A stretch of DNA of 33,385 nt from Candidatus Moraniibacteriota bacterium (lineage in GTDB: Bacteria > Patescibacteriota > Minisyncoccia > Moranbacterales > GCA-2747515), in NCBI GenBank assembly GCA_027031945.1, contig JALVPE010000040.1, positions 5,771-39,155 on the forward strand, read 5' to 3'. The notes under the pieces were generated by a model. That model made no database searches. It had not been told where the DNA came from and worked only from the letters and a program-made list of their open reading frames with translations. Below, piece after piece: positions 8,105 to 16,600 of this stretch (within the stretch, counting starts at the first letter, position 1; every line of letters begins with the position of its first letter). The position numbers and the translations under genes are program-made.

Positions 8105-8524
8105 TTATATTATAATCTCTATTATATTTCTCAAGTTTTGTTTATCAAGTCCAGTGGGAAGTTCTTTTTGGATATCCGTCAGGATTCGATGTCGTTGTTT
8201 TTCTGTTAATAAACATTTATCAAAGTAAATGTCTTTTTCCCCATCTGATACTAATGGCAGTAGTTTGGGATCAAATATGATATTTGGAAATTTTTTTGTT
8301 AATTCTTCCTGATTCATTGTTTTTTTGAGGGGCACTTTAATTATTGTCCTTTTATCATAATATTTTGCTTGGATCATTAATATGCATGTAAATTCTACAT
8401 CCAATTTTTGACTGTTTGTTAACGTCATTGTAGATGCTTTAAACTGGACTTCTATTGAAGCGATAGCAGAAAGGTTAATTAAGCGACCACACAGCATTGT
8501 TAAATGTGAAGTTTGATTTTCCAT
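8105..8524 (-). CDS. Hypothetical protein (139 aa), orphan
   Basis: ORF with AAAGAGGAA 6 nt upstream of the ATG, plus its own near-consensus promoter and terminator. No recognised domain. Confidence 0.6.
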   Translation of the reverse strand: MENQTSHLTMLCGRLINLSAIASIEVQFKASTMTLTNSQKLDVEFTCILMIQAKYYDKRTIIKVPLKKTMNQEELTKKFPNIIFDPKLLPLVSDGEKDIYFDKCLLTEKQRHRILTDIQKELPTGLDKQNLRNIIEIII

Positions 8525-8573
8525 GGTGATTCCTCTTTATTATTGATGGTTGTTAAAAAACAATTGACCATAT

Positions 8574-8602
8574 AATATAGCGCATTAGTTATTGTATGTC
8601 AA
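8574..8602 (-). promoter_or_regulatory. Near-consensus sigma70 promoter (TTGACA-N17-TATATT)
   Basis: Minus strand: TTGACA at 8602-8597, an exact 17-nt spacer, then TATATT at 8579-8574. It sits about 50 nt upstream of the ATG at 8524. Confidence 0.6.
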
Positions 8603-8784
8603 GGTCTATGTCTGCGAATTGGCAGATAACCATTTAGGTTTTTCTATCAAAAAACTCATGTCATTTCAGAAACCTTCCTCCGTTGGTGGGCAAGTGTTTA
8701 TTTCTTCATTAGCGATTAGCAAATGATTGGAAACAACATTGTCTGGAATTTTACAAACAAATTTAAAGAAAATTTTTGTATTTA

Positions 8785-8811
8785 TAAAAAGATTCCTGTC
8801 TACGCAGGAAT
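8785..8811 (-). terminator. Hairpin ATTCCTG-CGTAGA-CAGGAAT plus U-run (secondary terminator or REP-like hairpin)
   Basis: 7-bp perfect stem at 8792-8798 / 8805-8811. In the minus sense it is followed by CUUUUUA. Confidence 0.4.
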
Positions 8812-8891
8812 GACAAAGAGAAAAAATCTAAATGGTTACCTATGTAGCCTAAATAACTTTTTGCTAGTAATGTATTTCTAGGTAAAATTAT

Positions 8892-8926
8892 AAAAAGCTA
8901 TCTTTATATAAAGGTGATAGCTTTTT
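8892..8926 (-). terminator. Terminator of the rpmI-rplT unit (bidirectional in shape)
   Basis: AGCTATC / GATAGCT stem (8896-8902 / 8916-8922), flanked by an A-run upstream and a T-run downstream. It lies 15 nt past the rplT stop. Confidence 0.7.
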
Positions 8927-8940
8927 ATTGTAGGAGATGA

Positions 8941-9285
8941 TTATTTTACTTCTTTTACAAATAATTCAAAAGTTTTTGGGTTTTCAGTTGCTAATTCTGA
9001 CAATACTTTTCTATCTAATTCAATATTTTTCTTTTTCATCTTATTGATGAATGTTGAATATTTTTCGTCATGAAGTCTCAGTGCGTTATTGAGTCGCAAA
9101 ACCCATAAATTACGCATTGTGCGTTTTTTAGTGCGACGATCACGGTACTTGTATTTACCTGCTTTCAGTACAGCTTCTTTTGCTGCACGATAGTGTGATT
9201 TTCGTCGCCATTTAAATCCTTTTGCTAATTTTAATAGATTTTTTCTGCGTTTATTTGCAGTAATTCCGCGTTTTACTCTTGCCAT
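8941..9285 (-). CDS. rplT: 50S ribosomal protein L20
   Basis: The ORF track starts at GTG 9306. The canonical L20 N-terminus MARVKRG begins at ATG 9285. Strongly basic, with ...RRKSHYRAAKEAV... Confidence 0.9.
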   Translation of the reverse strand: MARVKRGITANKRRKNLLKLAKGFKWRRKSHYRAAKEAVLKAGKYKYRDRRTKKRTMRNLWVLRLNNALRLHDEKYSTFINKMKKKNIELDRKVLSELATENPKTFELFVKEVK

Positions 9286-9338
9286 ATTTTTTCCTGGTAT
9301 AGACACGATTAATCGCGTCTATACTGTATGTTAATAAT

Positions 9339-9530
9339 TTAAACTAATGCTTTTGCGATATTTTTTTCATCTGTTTTGAAAAGTCTTTTGTCCCTTCTCT
9401 TATTTCTGGTTTTTTTCCCAGATTCTTTACTATTGAAATGGTTTTGACCTGTTGAGCGTCGTTTAATTTTTCCATTTTTAGAAATTTTAATTTTTTTCAT
9501 CAACGCTCGATTACTTTTTCTCTTTGGCAT
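9339..9530 (-). CDS. rpmI: 50S ribosomal protein L35
   Basis: 63 aa, MPKRKSNRALMKKIKISKNGKIKRR..., very basic. Classic infC-rpmI-rplT order. Confidence 0.85.
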   Translation of the reverse strand: MPKRKSNRALMKKIKISKNGKIKRRSTGQNHFNSKESGKKTRNKRRDKRLFKTDEKNIAKALV

Positions 9531-9602
9531 AATGTTTTATCTAAATAAATATACAATCACATCAAAATTGTGTAATTGGTTGAAATCAATAACTGTTGGT
9601 AA

Positions 9603-9631
9603 ATTCTATATGATTTAGTCTGATTTGTCAA
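9603..9631 (-). promoter_or_regulatory. Internal promoter for rpmI-rplT (TTGACA-N17-TAGAAT)
   Basis: Minus strand: TTGACA at 9631-9626, a 17-nt spacer, then TAGAAT at 9608-9603. It lies within the 133-nt infC/rpmI spacer. Confidence 0.55.
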
Positions 9632-9663
9632 ATATTATTACAATATAAATTTAAAAAACAAGC

Positions 9664-10209
9664 TTATTCCGGTGCAATAATTGTGTTGAATCCACCTGGA
9701 AATTTTTTCAAATCTTCTTCTATTCGAAATGGAATTTCTAACATTTCTAAAAATTCCGTTATATTTTTTTTAGCTAATTCTTGGTGTGATTTTTCACGTC
9801 CACGTAATATTATTTCTACTTTTACTTTATTGCCTTTTGAAAGAAATTTTTCTGTTTGACGTTTTTTGAAATCTAAATCATGAGTATCTGTTCGTAAACC
9901 AATGCGAACTCCTTTTGTACTAACTGTTTTTTGAGCAGCTTGACTTTGGCGGTATTGTTTTTGTTGTGTATATTGAAATTTACCATAATCTAATATTTTG
10001 CAAACCGGAGGTTGCGCTTTTGGAGATACTTCCACTAGATCTAAACCAGCACTTTCTGCCATGGCACGAGCTTCTGTTAAAGATGTTTCACCAACATAAT
10101 TGCCATTTTGATCAATTAAAATGACAGGGTCGGCAAAAATTCGCTCGTTTGCACGCATCTGGGGAATTTTTGAAGTTTTTTTAGGTTTTCGTCTAAATCG
10201 TCTACGCAT
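9664..10209 (-). CDS. infC: Translation initiation factor IF-3
   Basis: 181 aa. Matches the IF3 N- and C-domains: GLDLVEVSPKAQPPVCKILDYGKFQY and KGVRIGLRTDTHDLDFK...KVKVEI. The start here is ATG, not the AUU used in E. coli. Confidence 0.9.
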   Translation of the reverse strand: MRRRFRRKPKKTSKIPQMRANERIFADPVILIDQNGNYVGETSLTEARAMAESAGLDLVEVSPKAQPPVCKILDYGKFQYTQQKQYRQSQAAQKTVSTKGVRIGLRTDTHDLDFKKRQTEKFLSKGNKVKVEIILRGREKSHQELAKKNITEFLEMLEIPFRIEEDLKKFPGGFNTIIAPE

Positions 10210-10251
10210 GTTATTAGTGCTTATAAATTAAAAATTGAAAATTAAGTCGTG

Positions 10252-10675
10252 TGGAGATGGTGGGAATTGCACCCACGTCCAAATTTGTAAATCTGATAAT
10301 AATTTTTACACGCTTAGACATATTTTGCAAGCTTGTGCAAACAAGCTTATTTCGATTAATAGTAGCAAAATAGTCAAAACACTTATTAATCTATCTTTGA
10401 AATTTAACTTATTATTGACAAAGATACCAATAAAAGCGAGTCTCAAAAATATGACACCACAGCGAACTTATGAGACGCTCAGTTCATGTGATGGCTCAAG
10501 CGTTTATTACGCTAGAGACGGTGCAAAAGATGATGCAAATGCGTTAGCAAATGCTACTTTTGCTTTATTGATTAAGTTTGCACTTATCAAAATTGTATAT
10601 TAGATTTACGAGATAAATATACATGCTCGGCGTGTATATTAGCAGACAACAAACTGTCGAAAACTAATCATCCCC
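10252..10675 (-). ncRNA. ssrA: tmRNA (transfer-messenger RNA)
   Basis: Minus-strand 5' end is GGGGAUGAUUAGUUUUCGACAG; 3' end is GGACGUGGGUGCAAUUCCCACCAUCUCCA. The acceptor helix GGGGAUG/CAUCUCC includes the G3-U alanine identity pair. An internal tag frame (10563-10504) reads GCA AAA GUA GCA UUU GCU AAC GCA UUU GCA UCA UCU UUU GCA CCG UCU CUA GCG UAA UAA. It lies directly downstream of smpB. CCA is not encoded (the genome reads ACACG). The ends are approximate. Confidence 0.85.
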
Positions 10676-10681
10676 TTATTT

Positions 10682-10710
10682 AATTTTCAATTTTTAAATT
10701 ACAATTTCAA
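10682..10710 (-). promoter_or_regulatory. Candidate ssrA promoter (TTGAAA-N17-AAAATT)
   Basis: Minus strand: TTGAAA at 10710-10705, a 17-nt spacer, then AAAATT at 10687-10682. Six nt further on is the first G of the tmRNA. The -10 is weak. Confidence 0.3.
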
Positions 10711-10739
10711 GATAATGTATCAAAAAATATAAAATAAAT

Positions 10740-11180
10740 TCAATTTCGCAACGCACGAGCTATATTCCTGTCGACCTCACGTTTTTTTATCGTATTTCTT
10801 TTATCATGCTTGGCTTTTCCACGCGCAAGTGCGAATTCCAATTTAATGAGGTTTTTCTTAGTATAAACACGAATAGGCACCATTGTCAAGCCTGCCTGTG
10901 TTTTTTTCCCGATGAGTGAACGAAGCTCACTTTTTTTTATAAGTAATTTACGAGAGCGATTTGGATCATAATCAGTAATATCGCTAGCATATTGATAAAG
11001 TGGTATCAATGCGTTAGTTAAGTATAACTCATTATTGTGTATTGTAATAAATGCGCCTTTTAGAGATATATGTCCAGTTTTTATTGATTTTACTTCATGA
11101 CCAAACAATACCAAACCAGCTTCATATTTCTCTAGAAGCTCATAATCAAATTTTGCTCGTTTGTTTATTGTGATTTGCAT
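10740..11180 (-). CDS. smpB: SsrA-binding protein SmpB
   Basis: The ORF track begins at TTG 11216; the likely start is ATG 11180 (MQITINKRAKFDYELLEKYEAGLVL.G.EVKS...). The C-terminal basic tail KHDKRNTIKKREVDR is typical of SmpB. Confidence 0.9.
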   Translation of the reverse strand: MQITINKRAKFDYELLEKYEAGLVLFGHEVKSIKTGHISLKGAFITIHNNELYLTNALIPLYQYASDITDYDPNRSRKLLIKKSELRSLIGKKTQAGLTMVPIRVYTKKNLIKLEFALARGKAKHDKRNTIKKREVDRNIARALRN

Positions 11181-11220
11181 ATATACTATTAAAACATATA
11201 AATTTTTAAATATCAAAGTT

Positions 11221-11249
11221 TTGTATACATATGAATATTGTGCTATACT
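11221..11249 (+). promoter_or_regulatory. Candidate promoter (TTGTAT-N17-TATACT with a TGc extended -10)
   Basis: TTGTAT at 11221-11226, a 17-nt spacer ending in TGC, then TATACT at 11244-11249. It sits about 60 nt upstream of the ATG at 11308. Confidence 0.45.
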
Positions 11250-11307
11250 GGACTAAAACATGAATATCAGTATTTGGTGTAAAAATATTTAAGACACATC
11301 ACAAAAT

Positions 11308-11730
11308 ATGTTAGAACATCAGGAATTAAAAAATATACATGCTGTAGAGAATGGTGTTTTTGGTAACAATGAAAATATTAGTGTTGCAAAACAAGATTTT
11401 GAGCATAGTGCCGTTAGTGCAAAGAGGATATATGAGCAAAGAAAAGCTCTTGTGGATAATATTTTTAAACAGATTGGTATGGAGCATTACATGTATATTA
11501 CCAATATTTTAGAACAGAAATGTTTTGGACACTTAAATAAAGAAGATGCTGCACATCATATAATGCACAGAGTGTTAAATGGTACAATAATTGATCCAAA
11601 ATCTACAGATGATAAATTCATATATGATAAACATGATAAAACACTATATGTTATACTTTCTTATTTGGAAGATATATATGATGTAGATAAAGCAGTCAAG
11701 ATTATTAATGGAATAAGTGTAGATTATTGA
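11308..11730 (+). CDS. Hypothetical protein (140 aa)
   Basis: ORF with an upstream promoter-like element. No recognised domain. Confidence 0.55.
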   Translation: MLEHQELKNIHAVENGVFGNNENISVAKQDFEHSAVSAKRIYEQRKALVDNIFKQIGMEHYMYITNILEQKCFGHLNKEDAAHHIMHRVLNGTIIDPKSTDDKFIYDKHDKTLYVILSYLEDIYDVDKAVKIINGISVDY

Positions 11731-11753
11731 GAAATGTAAGAAATTTTGTGGTT

Positions 11754-12023
11754 ATGAAAAAAACGTTACAATTACTAGTAAAAGAAAAAGAGGTTACTAT
11801 TGCAATATTTGATGGGGATAATTATTTTGATGAGGAAAGTTGGATTGATGAAAATAATTTATTGGAAAAGTTTTTTCCAATAATGGATGGAATGTTAAAG
11901 AAAAATAACATGAGTATCGATAATATAGATAGTTTTGAATTGGTAACAAATATTCCAGCAGGATACACAACAGCTAGAATTGCTGAAACGATTATCAAGA
12001 CATTAAATTTTGCACATACATAA
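11754..12023 (+). CDS. Small protein resembling the N-terminal half of TsaB/YeaZ (tentative)
   Basis: The ORF opens at TTG 11727; ATG 11754 (MKKTLQLL...) is more likely. The pattern ...IAIFDGD...LLEKFFPIMDGMLKK..MSIDNIDSFELVTNIPAGYTTARIAETIIKTLNF parallels TsaB (L.ID..., LLP.ID.LL, DID.. V..GPGSFTGLRIG....K.L) but stops after about 90 aa. Confidence 0.3.
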   Translation: MKKTLQLLVKEKEVTIAIFDGDNYFDEESWIDENNLLEKFFPIMDGMLKKNNMSIDNIDSFELVTNIPAGYTTARIAETIIKTLNFAHT

Positions 12024-12104
12024 TATTATGATATTATATACAAAACTGATATATTGATATTAGTTTTTGTGGTTAACAATGATTAAATAGTAATATATAA
12101 ACAA

Positions 12105-13298
12105 ATGACTGAAGAAAAAAAAGAGTCAGAAAAGAAAGGTTCTGATGAGTCTAAAGATTCAGTAGAATCAAAAGAATCAAAGAAAAAAGATTCTGAAAAA
12201 AGTGAGAAAAATGAATCAAAAGTAACGAAGGATATAAAAGCCTCATCTGAGGACGTGTGTTGTGATAGTTCTTCCGGTAAGGGTAATAGTATTTTTATAT
12301 GGTTGATTATTATAGTTATTGTTATTGGAGCTGTAATATTTTTTCAACAGAAAAAAGATAATACAGACAATGGTTCAAAACCGGTAAGTGAGAAGGTGAG
12401 TAAGGAGGTGTCTGCAGATGCACTAAAATTAATCAAAGAACAGTTAGTGGCACCAGGCACAAAAGTTGAAATTAAAAATGTTACAGAAGAAAGCGGTTTA
12501 TATAAAATTGATCTTGTTGTAGAGGATCAAGAAATTACTTCATATTTAACAAAGGATAAGAAGAAATTTATTCCACAATTGATTGATATAAAGGAATTAG
12601 AAGATAAACAAAAAGATAATGATGAAAAAAAACAAGTTAAACCAGCAACAGAAGTGCAAGCAAAGTCCGACAAGCCAAAAGTTGAGTTGTTTGTAATGAG
12701 TTTTTGTCCATATGGCACTCAAATGGAGAGAGGATATCTGCCAGCAATAAAAGCATTGGGTAATACAGTTGACGCAGAAATAAAGTTTGTATATTATGCA
12801 ATGCACGGTGAAAAAGAACTTAAAGAAAATCTACGTCAGTATTGTATACAAAAAAATGAGCCAACAAAATTAAGTACTTATCTAAATTGTTTTTTGGCTA
12901 CAAAAAGTGGTAGCGCATCAGAATCACAGCAATGTCTTGTAAAAGCAAAAATTAATCAGAATTTGCTTAAACAGTGTATTGCAACGACAGATGCAGAATA
13001 TAAAGTAAGTGAATTAGCAAAAGATAAATCTTCTTATGTTAGTGGTCAGTTTCCGCAGTTTAATGTAAATAAAGAAGATAATGAAAAATATGGCGTACAA
13101 GGTTCTCCAACACTTGTGATTAACGGAGAAGTTATTCAATCAGGGCGTGATAGTGAAAGTATTCTTAAAGCAATTTGTTCAGCATTTAATGAACAACCAG
13201 AAGCATGTACAAAAGAACTTTCTAACGAAGTACCTAATGCTGGATTTGGAACCGGTAAGGCAACAAATGCAAGTAATGGAGGTGCGTGTGGTGCGTAA
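12105..13298 (+). CDS. Membrane-anchored thioredoxin-fold (DsbA/GILT-like) protein with a CPYG motif
   Basis: 397 aa. K/E/S-rich low-complexity N-terminus, one TM span (IFIWLIIIVIVIGAVIFF), then a Cys-rich domain. That domain has ELFVMSFCPYGTQ in the CxxC position and the C-terminal YGVQGSPTLVINGE typical of DsbA-like folds. Confidence 0.55.
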   Translation: MTEEKKESEKKGSDESKDSVESKESKKKDSEKSEKNESKVTKDIKASSEDVCCDSSSGKGNSIFIWLIIIVIVIGAVIFFQQKKDNTDNGSKPVSEKVSKEVSADALKLIKEQLVAPGTKVEIKNVTEESGLYKIDLVVEDQEITSYLTKDKKKFIPQLIDIKELEDKQKDNDEKKQVKPATEVQAKSDKPKVELFVMSFCPYGTQMERGYLPAIKALGNTVDAEIKFVYYAMHGEKELKENLRQYCIQKNEPTKLSTYLNCFLATKSGSASESQQCLVKAKINQNLLKQCIATTDAEYKVSELAKDKSSYVSGQFPQFNVNKEDNEKYGVQGSPTLVINGEVIQSGRDSESILKAICSAFNEQPEACTKELSNEVPNAGFGTGKATNASNGGACGA

Positions 13299-13329
13299 TA
13301 GAAACGAATACTATTATGTTCTTGACAAA

Positions 13330-13370
13330 CTCTTCGGATATGATTTATTTTATCCGGAGAGTTTTATTTT
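13330..13370 (+). terminator. Rho-independent terminator
   Basis: CTCTTCGGATA / TATCCGGAGAG form an 11-bp stem with one G-U (13330-13340 / 13351-13361), followed by TTTTATTTT. Confidence 0.75.
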
Positions 13371-13395
13371 AAGAAATGTTTGTAAAATTTTGAAT

Positions 13396-13424
13396 TTGAC
13401 AAAATATTTGTAATTTGTTATCAT
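13396..13424 (+). promoter_or_regulatory. Candidate rpoBC promoter (TTGACA-N17-TATCAT)
   Basis: TTGACA at 13396-13401, a 17-nt spacer, then TATCAT at 13419-13424. This leaves a ~200-nt leader before rpoB. Confidence 0.55.
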
Positions 13425-13630
13425 TCCATTTACTGAAAATAATCCACTTTAATGGTGCGGATTTTCTGTTCTTAAACAGGAATTTGCGTGTCAAGTTTGG
13501 ATGCAATATCGGACAAATTTGTGCGACAATTAAATAGTAATCATTCTAAAAACTCCATCAGTAAGGTATAACTAAAGTTTTCAAGATACTAAACAAAGCT
13601 TGAGAATATCGTATGATGGGAGGTCTTTTT

Positions 13631-16600
13631 ATGGTTGAAGATAAAAAAATGAAGATAAAGGGGAAATTCAGCGCCTCTTCTTCGCTTGCAAAACGCAAGT
13701 TTTTCAAAAAACAATTAGCTGTTTCACTTCCAAATCTAATTGAGGCACAGACAGCTTCTTATGATTGGTTTATGGAAAAAGGCTTGCAGGAATTATTGGA
13801 TGAAATAAATCCAATTGTTGATTTTGCGGGAAAGGAAATGGAGTTGTCTATTTCTGATTATTTTTTAGATGAGCCAAAGTATGACGAACGTACCGCAAGG
13901 GATAAAAATTTATCCTTTGACGCTCCGCTTCGTGCAATTGCAAAGTTGGTTTTTAAAAAAACAGGTGAAGTAAAAGAACAAGAAATTTATTTTGGAGAAT
14001 TTCCACTAATGACTGATCGTGGAACATTTATTATAAATGGGGTAGAGCGTGTTATAGTTTCACAATTGATACGTTCACCGGGAGTATTTTTCTCAATGGA
14101 ATATATCAAAGGTAAGAAATATTTTGGAGCAAAAATTATTCCAAATCGCGGTGCGTGGCTTGAACTTGAAACAGATCGTGATGGTGTAATCTATGTAAAA
14201 ATTGATCGTAAAAGGAAGTTAACTGTAACAACATTGCTCAGAGCCTTTGGATATGGTAGTGACGATGAAATTAAAGCGTTATTTGCTGATGATGTTGAAG
14301 TAATTGATGTCGATTACATTGAAGAAACTCTTGCAAAGGATATTACCAAGACACAAGGTGAAGGATATAAAGAAGTGTATAAACGAATTCGTCCAGGAGA
14401 CCTTGCAACAGAAGAAAATGCAAAGCAAATGATTGATTCAATGTTTTTTGATTTTAATCGTTATGATTTTGGAGCTGTGGGACGATATCGCTTGAATCAG
14501 CGCTTAGAGGTAGAAAGAGAAAACACAACAGAAAATCGCGTTTTGAATATTGAGGATTTTATACTGATTATCAAAGAAATAATCCGCATGAATAATGATC
14601 CTCAAGCGATTGCTGATGATATTGATCATTTAGGTAATAGGCGTGTTAGAGGAGTTGGTGAGCTAGTGCAAAATAAGATGCGTATTGGTTTTGCTAGAAT
14701 GGCACGAAATATAAAAGATAGGATGAGTACGTGTGATGTTGATACGGTTGTGCCTGGTCAAATTATTAATTCAAGACCGGTGTCAGCTTCAATTAAAGAA
14801 TTTTTTTCCTCCTCTCAATTATCACAATTTATGGATCAAGTTAATCCATTGGCTGAATTGGAACATAAAAGACGTTTATCTGCGCTTGGTCCAGGTGGTT
14901 TGACTAGGGAACGCGCTGGATTTGAGGTGCGTGATGTACATCAATCACATTATGGACGCATATGCCCTGTAGAAACTCCGGAAGGACCAAATATTGGACT
15001 TGTCGGTCACTTGGCGACTTATGCACGCATAAATGAATATGGGTTTTTGGAGACTCCTTATTTGCCTGTAAAACAAGAGGTGAATAATAATAAGACGGCG
15101 TTAGCTGGGCGAATTTTGGCTAAAAGTGTTGCTGGTGTTAAAAAAGGCACGAAACTCGAAGAAGCTGATATTAAAAAAATTATAAAAGATAAAAGTGAAA
15201 CAATAGCCGTTGTGCCATTTGTTACGGATAAGCCTGAATATATTAATGCAACAATTGAAGATCGTAAAACAATAGCTCATGGTGGCACAAAGCTAGATGA
15301 GGATAGAAATATTATAGAAAAGATGGTAGAAGCTCGTGTTGGAGGAAAACCTGATATGGTCGCAGCAACAAGTGTGGATATGATTGATGTTTCACCAAAG
15401 CAGTGTATTTCTGTGGCGACATCACTTATTCCATTCTTGGAACATGATGATGCTAACCGTGCTCTTATGGGTTCAAACATGCAACGTCAAGCTGTGTCTT
15501 GTGTAAAACCGGAAGCTCCACTTGTTGGAACAGGTATCGAAGATAAAGCAGCTGCTGATTCAGGACAGGCTGTAATAGCTAAAAATGATGGTGAGGTTAT
15601 TGAAGTGGATGGAAATAAAATAGTTGTGAAAGAAAAAGCATCGGCATCTTCAAGGAAAAAAGTATATAAACGAGAGTATCTTTTGCATACTTTCATGAAA
15701 TCAAACGCTTTTACTTCAATGAATCAAGTGCCACGTGTAGAAAAAGGTGAAAAAGTAAAGAAGGGACAATTGTTGGCAGATGGTTCCTCAACGGAACATG
15801 GTGAACTTGCCTTAGGACAGAACATGCTTGTGGCATTTGTACCATGGGAAGGATTTAATTTTGAGGATGCAATTATTATTTCTGAGAAAGTTCTCAGGGA
15901 TGACCGTTATAGTTCAATCCATATTGAGGATTTTAAAATAGATGTTCGGGATACAAAACTTGGACCAGAAATAGTTACGAGAGATATTCCAAATATTGGT
16001 GAAGATAGATTGAAAAATTTAGATGAGACAGGTGTTATTCGAATTGGGGCAGAAGTATCTTCAGGGGATATTTTAGTAGGTAAAATTACACCAAAAGGTG
16101 AAGGAGATTTGACTGCAGAAGAAAGATTACTTCGGGCAATTTTTGGTGAAAAATCAAGAGATGTGAAAGATTCATCATTATATTTACCACATGGTGAACA
16201 TGGAAAGGTTGTAGATATTAAAATTTTTACACGTGAGGAGGGCGATAAACTACCTACCGGAGTTAGTCAGCAAATTCAGATTTCAGTTGCACAAATGAGG
16301 AAGGTTGCTGTAGGTGACAAACTGGCCGGGCGCCATGGAAATAAAGGCGTTATTTCAAGGATTGCTCCAGTGGAAGATATGCCTTATTTACCAGATGGTA
16401 CGCCGGTTGATGTAATTTTAAATCCACTTGGCGTAGCGAGTCGTATGAATATTGGACAGATTCTGGAGACGCATTTGGGCTGGGCAGCTCGTGAGCATGG
16501 TTATACAGCAGCCACACCTGCGCTTGATGGTGTGAGTGAACAAGATATTAAAAAAGAATTAAAATCTGCCGGATTACCGGAAAGTGGAAAAATCAGATTG

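Noticed and set aside
7863-8209. Two overlapping small plus-strand ORFs (65 and 76 aa) after the SpoU gene
   Set aside because: Neither has an SD. The first starts at a TTG inside the SpoU gene, and the second runs into the converging orphan gene and its terminator. A 47-aa version from ATG 7917 with one hydrophobic stretch cannot be excluded but has no support.
10235-10603. 122-aa plus-strand ORF in the ORF track
   Set aside because: It lies entirely antisense to the tmRNA gene. Its sequence (..DGAKDDANALANATFALL..) is simply the reverse translation of the tag region. It has no SD and no plausible domain.
13613-13630. N-terminal extension MMGGLF on RpoB from the ORF track
   Set aside because: The GGGAGG within these codons is positioned as the SD for the ATG at 13631, so the extension is probably untranslated.
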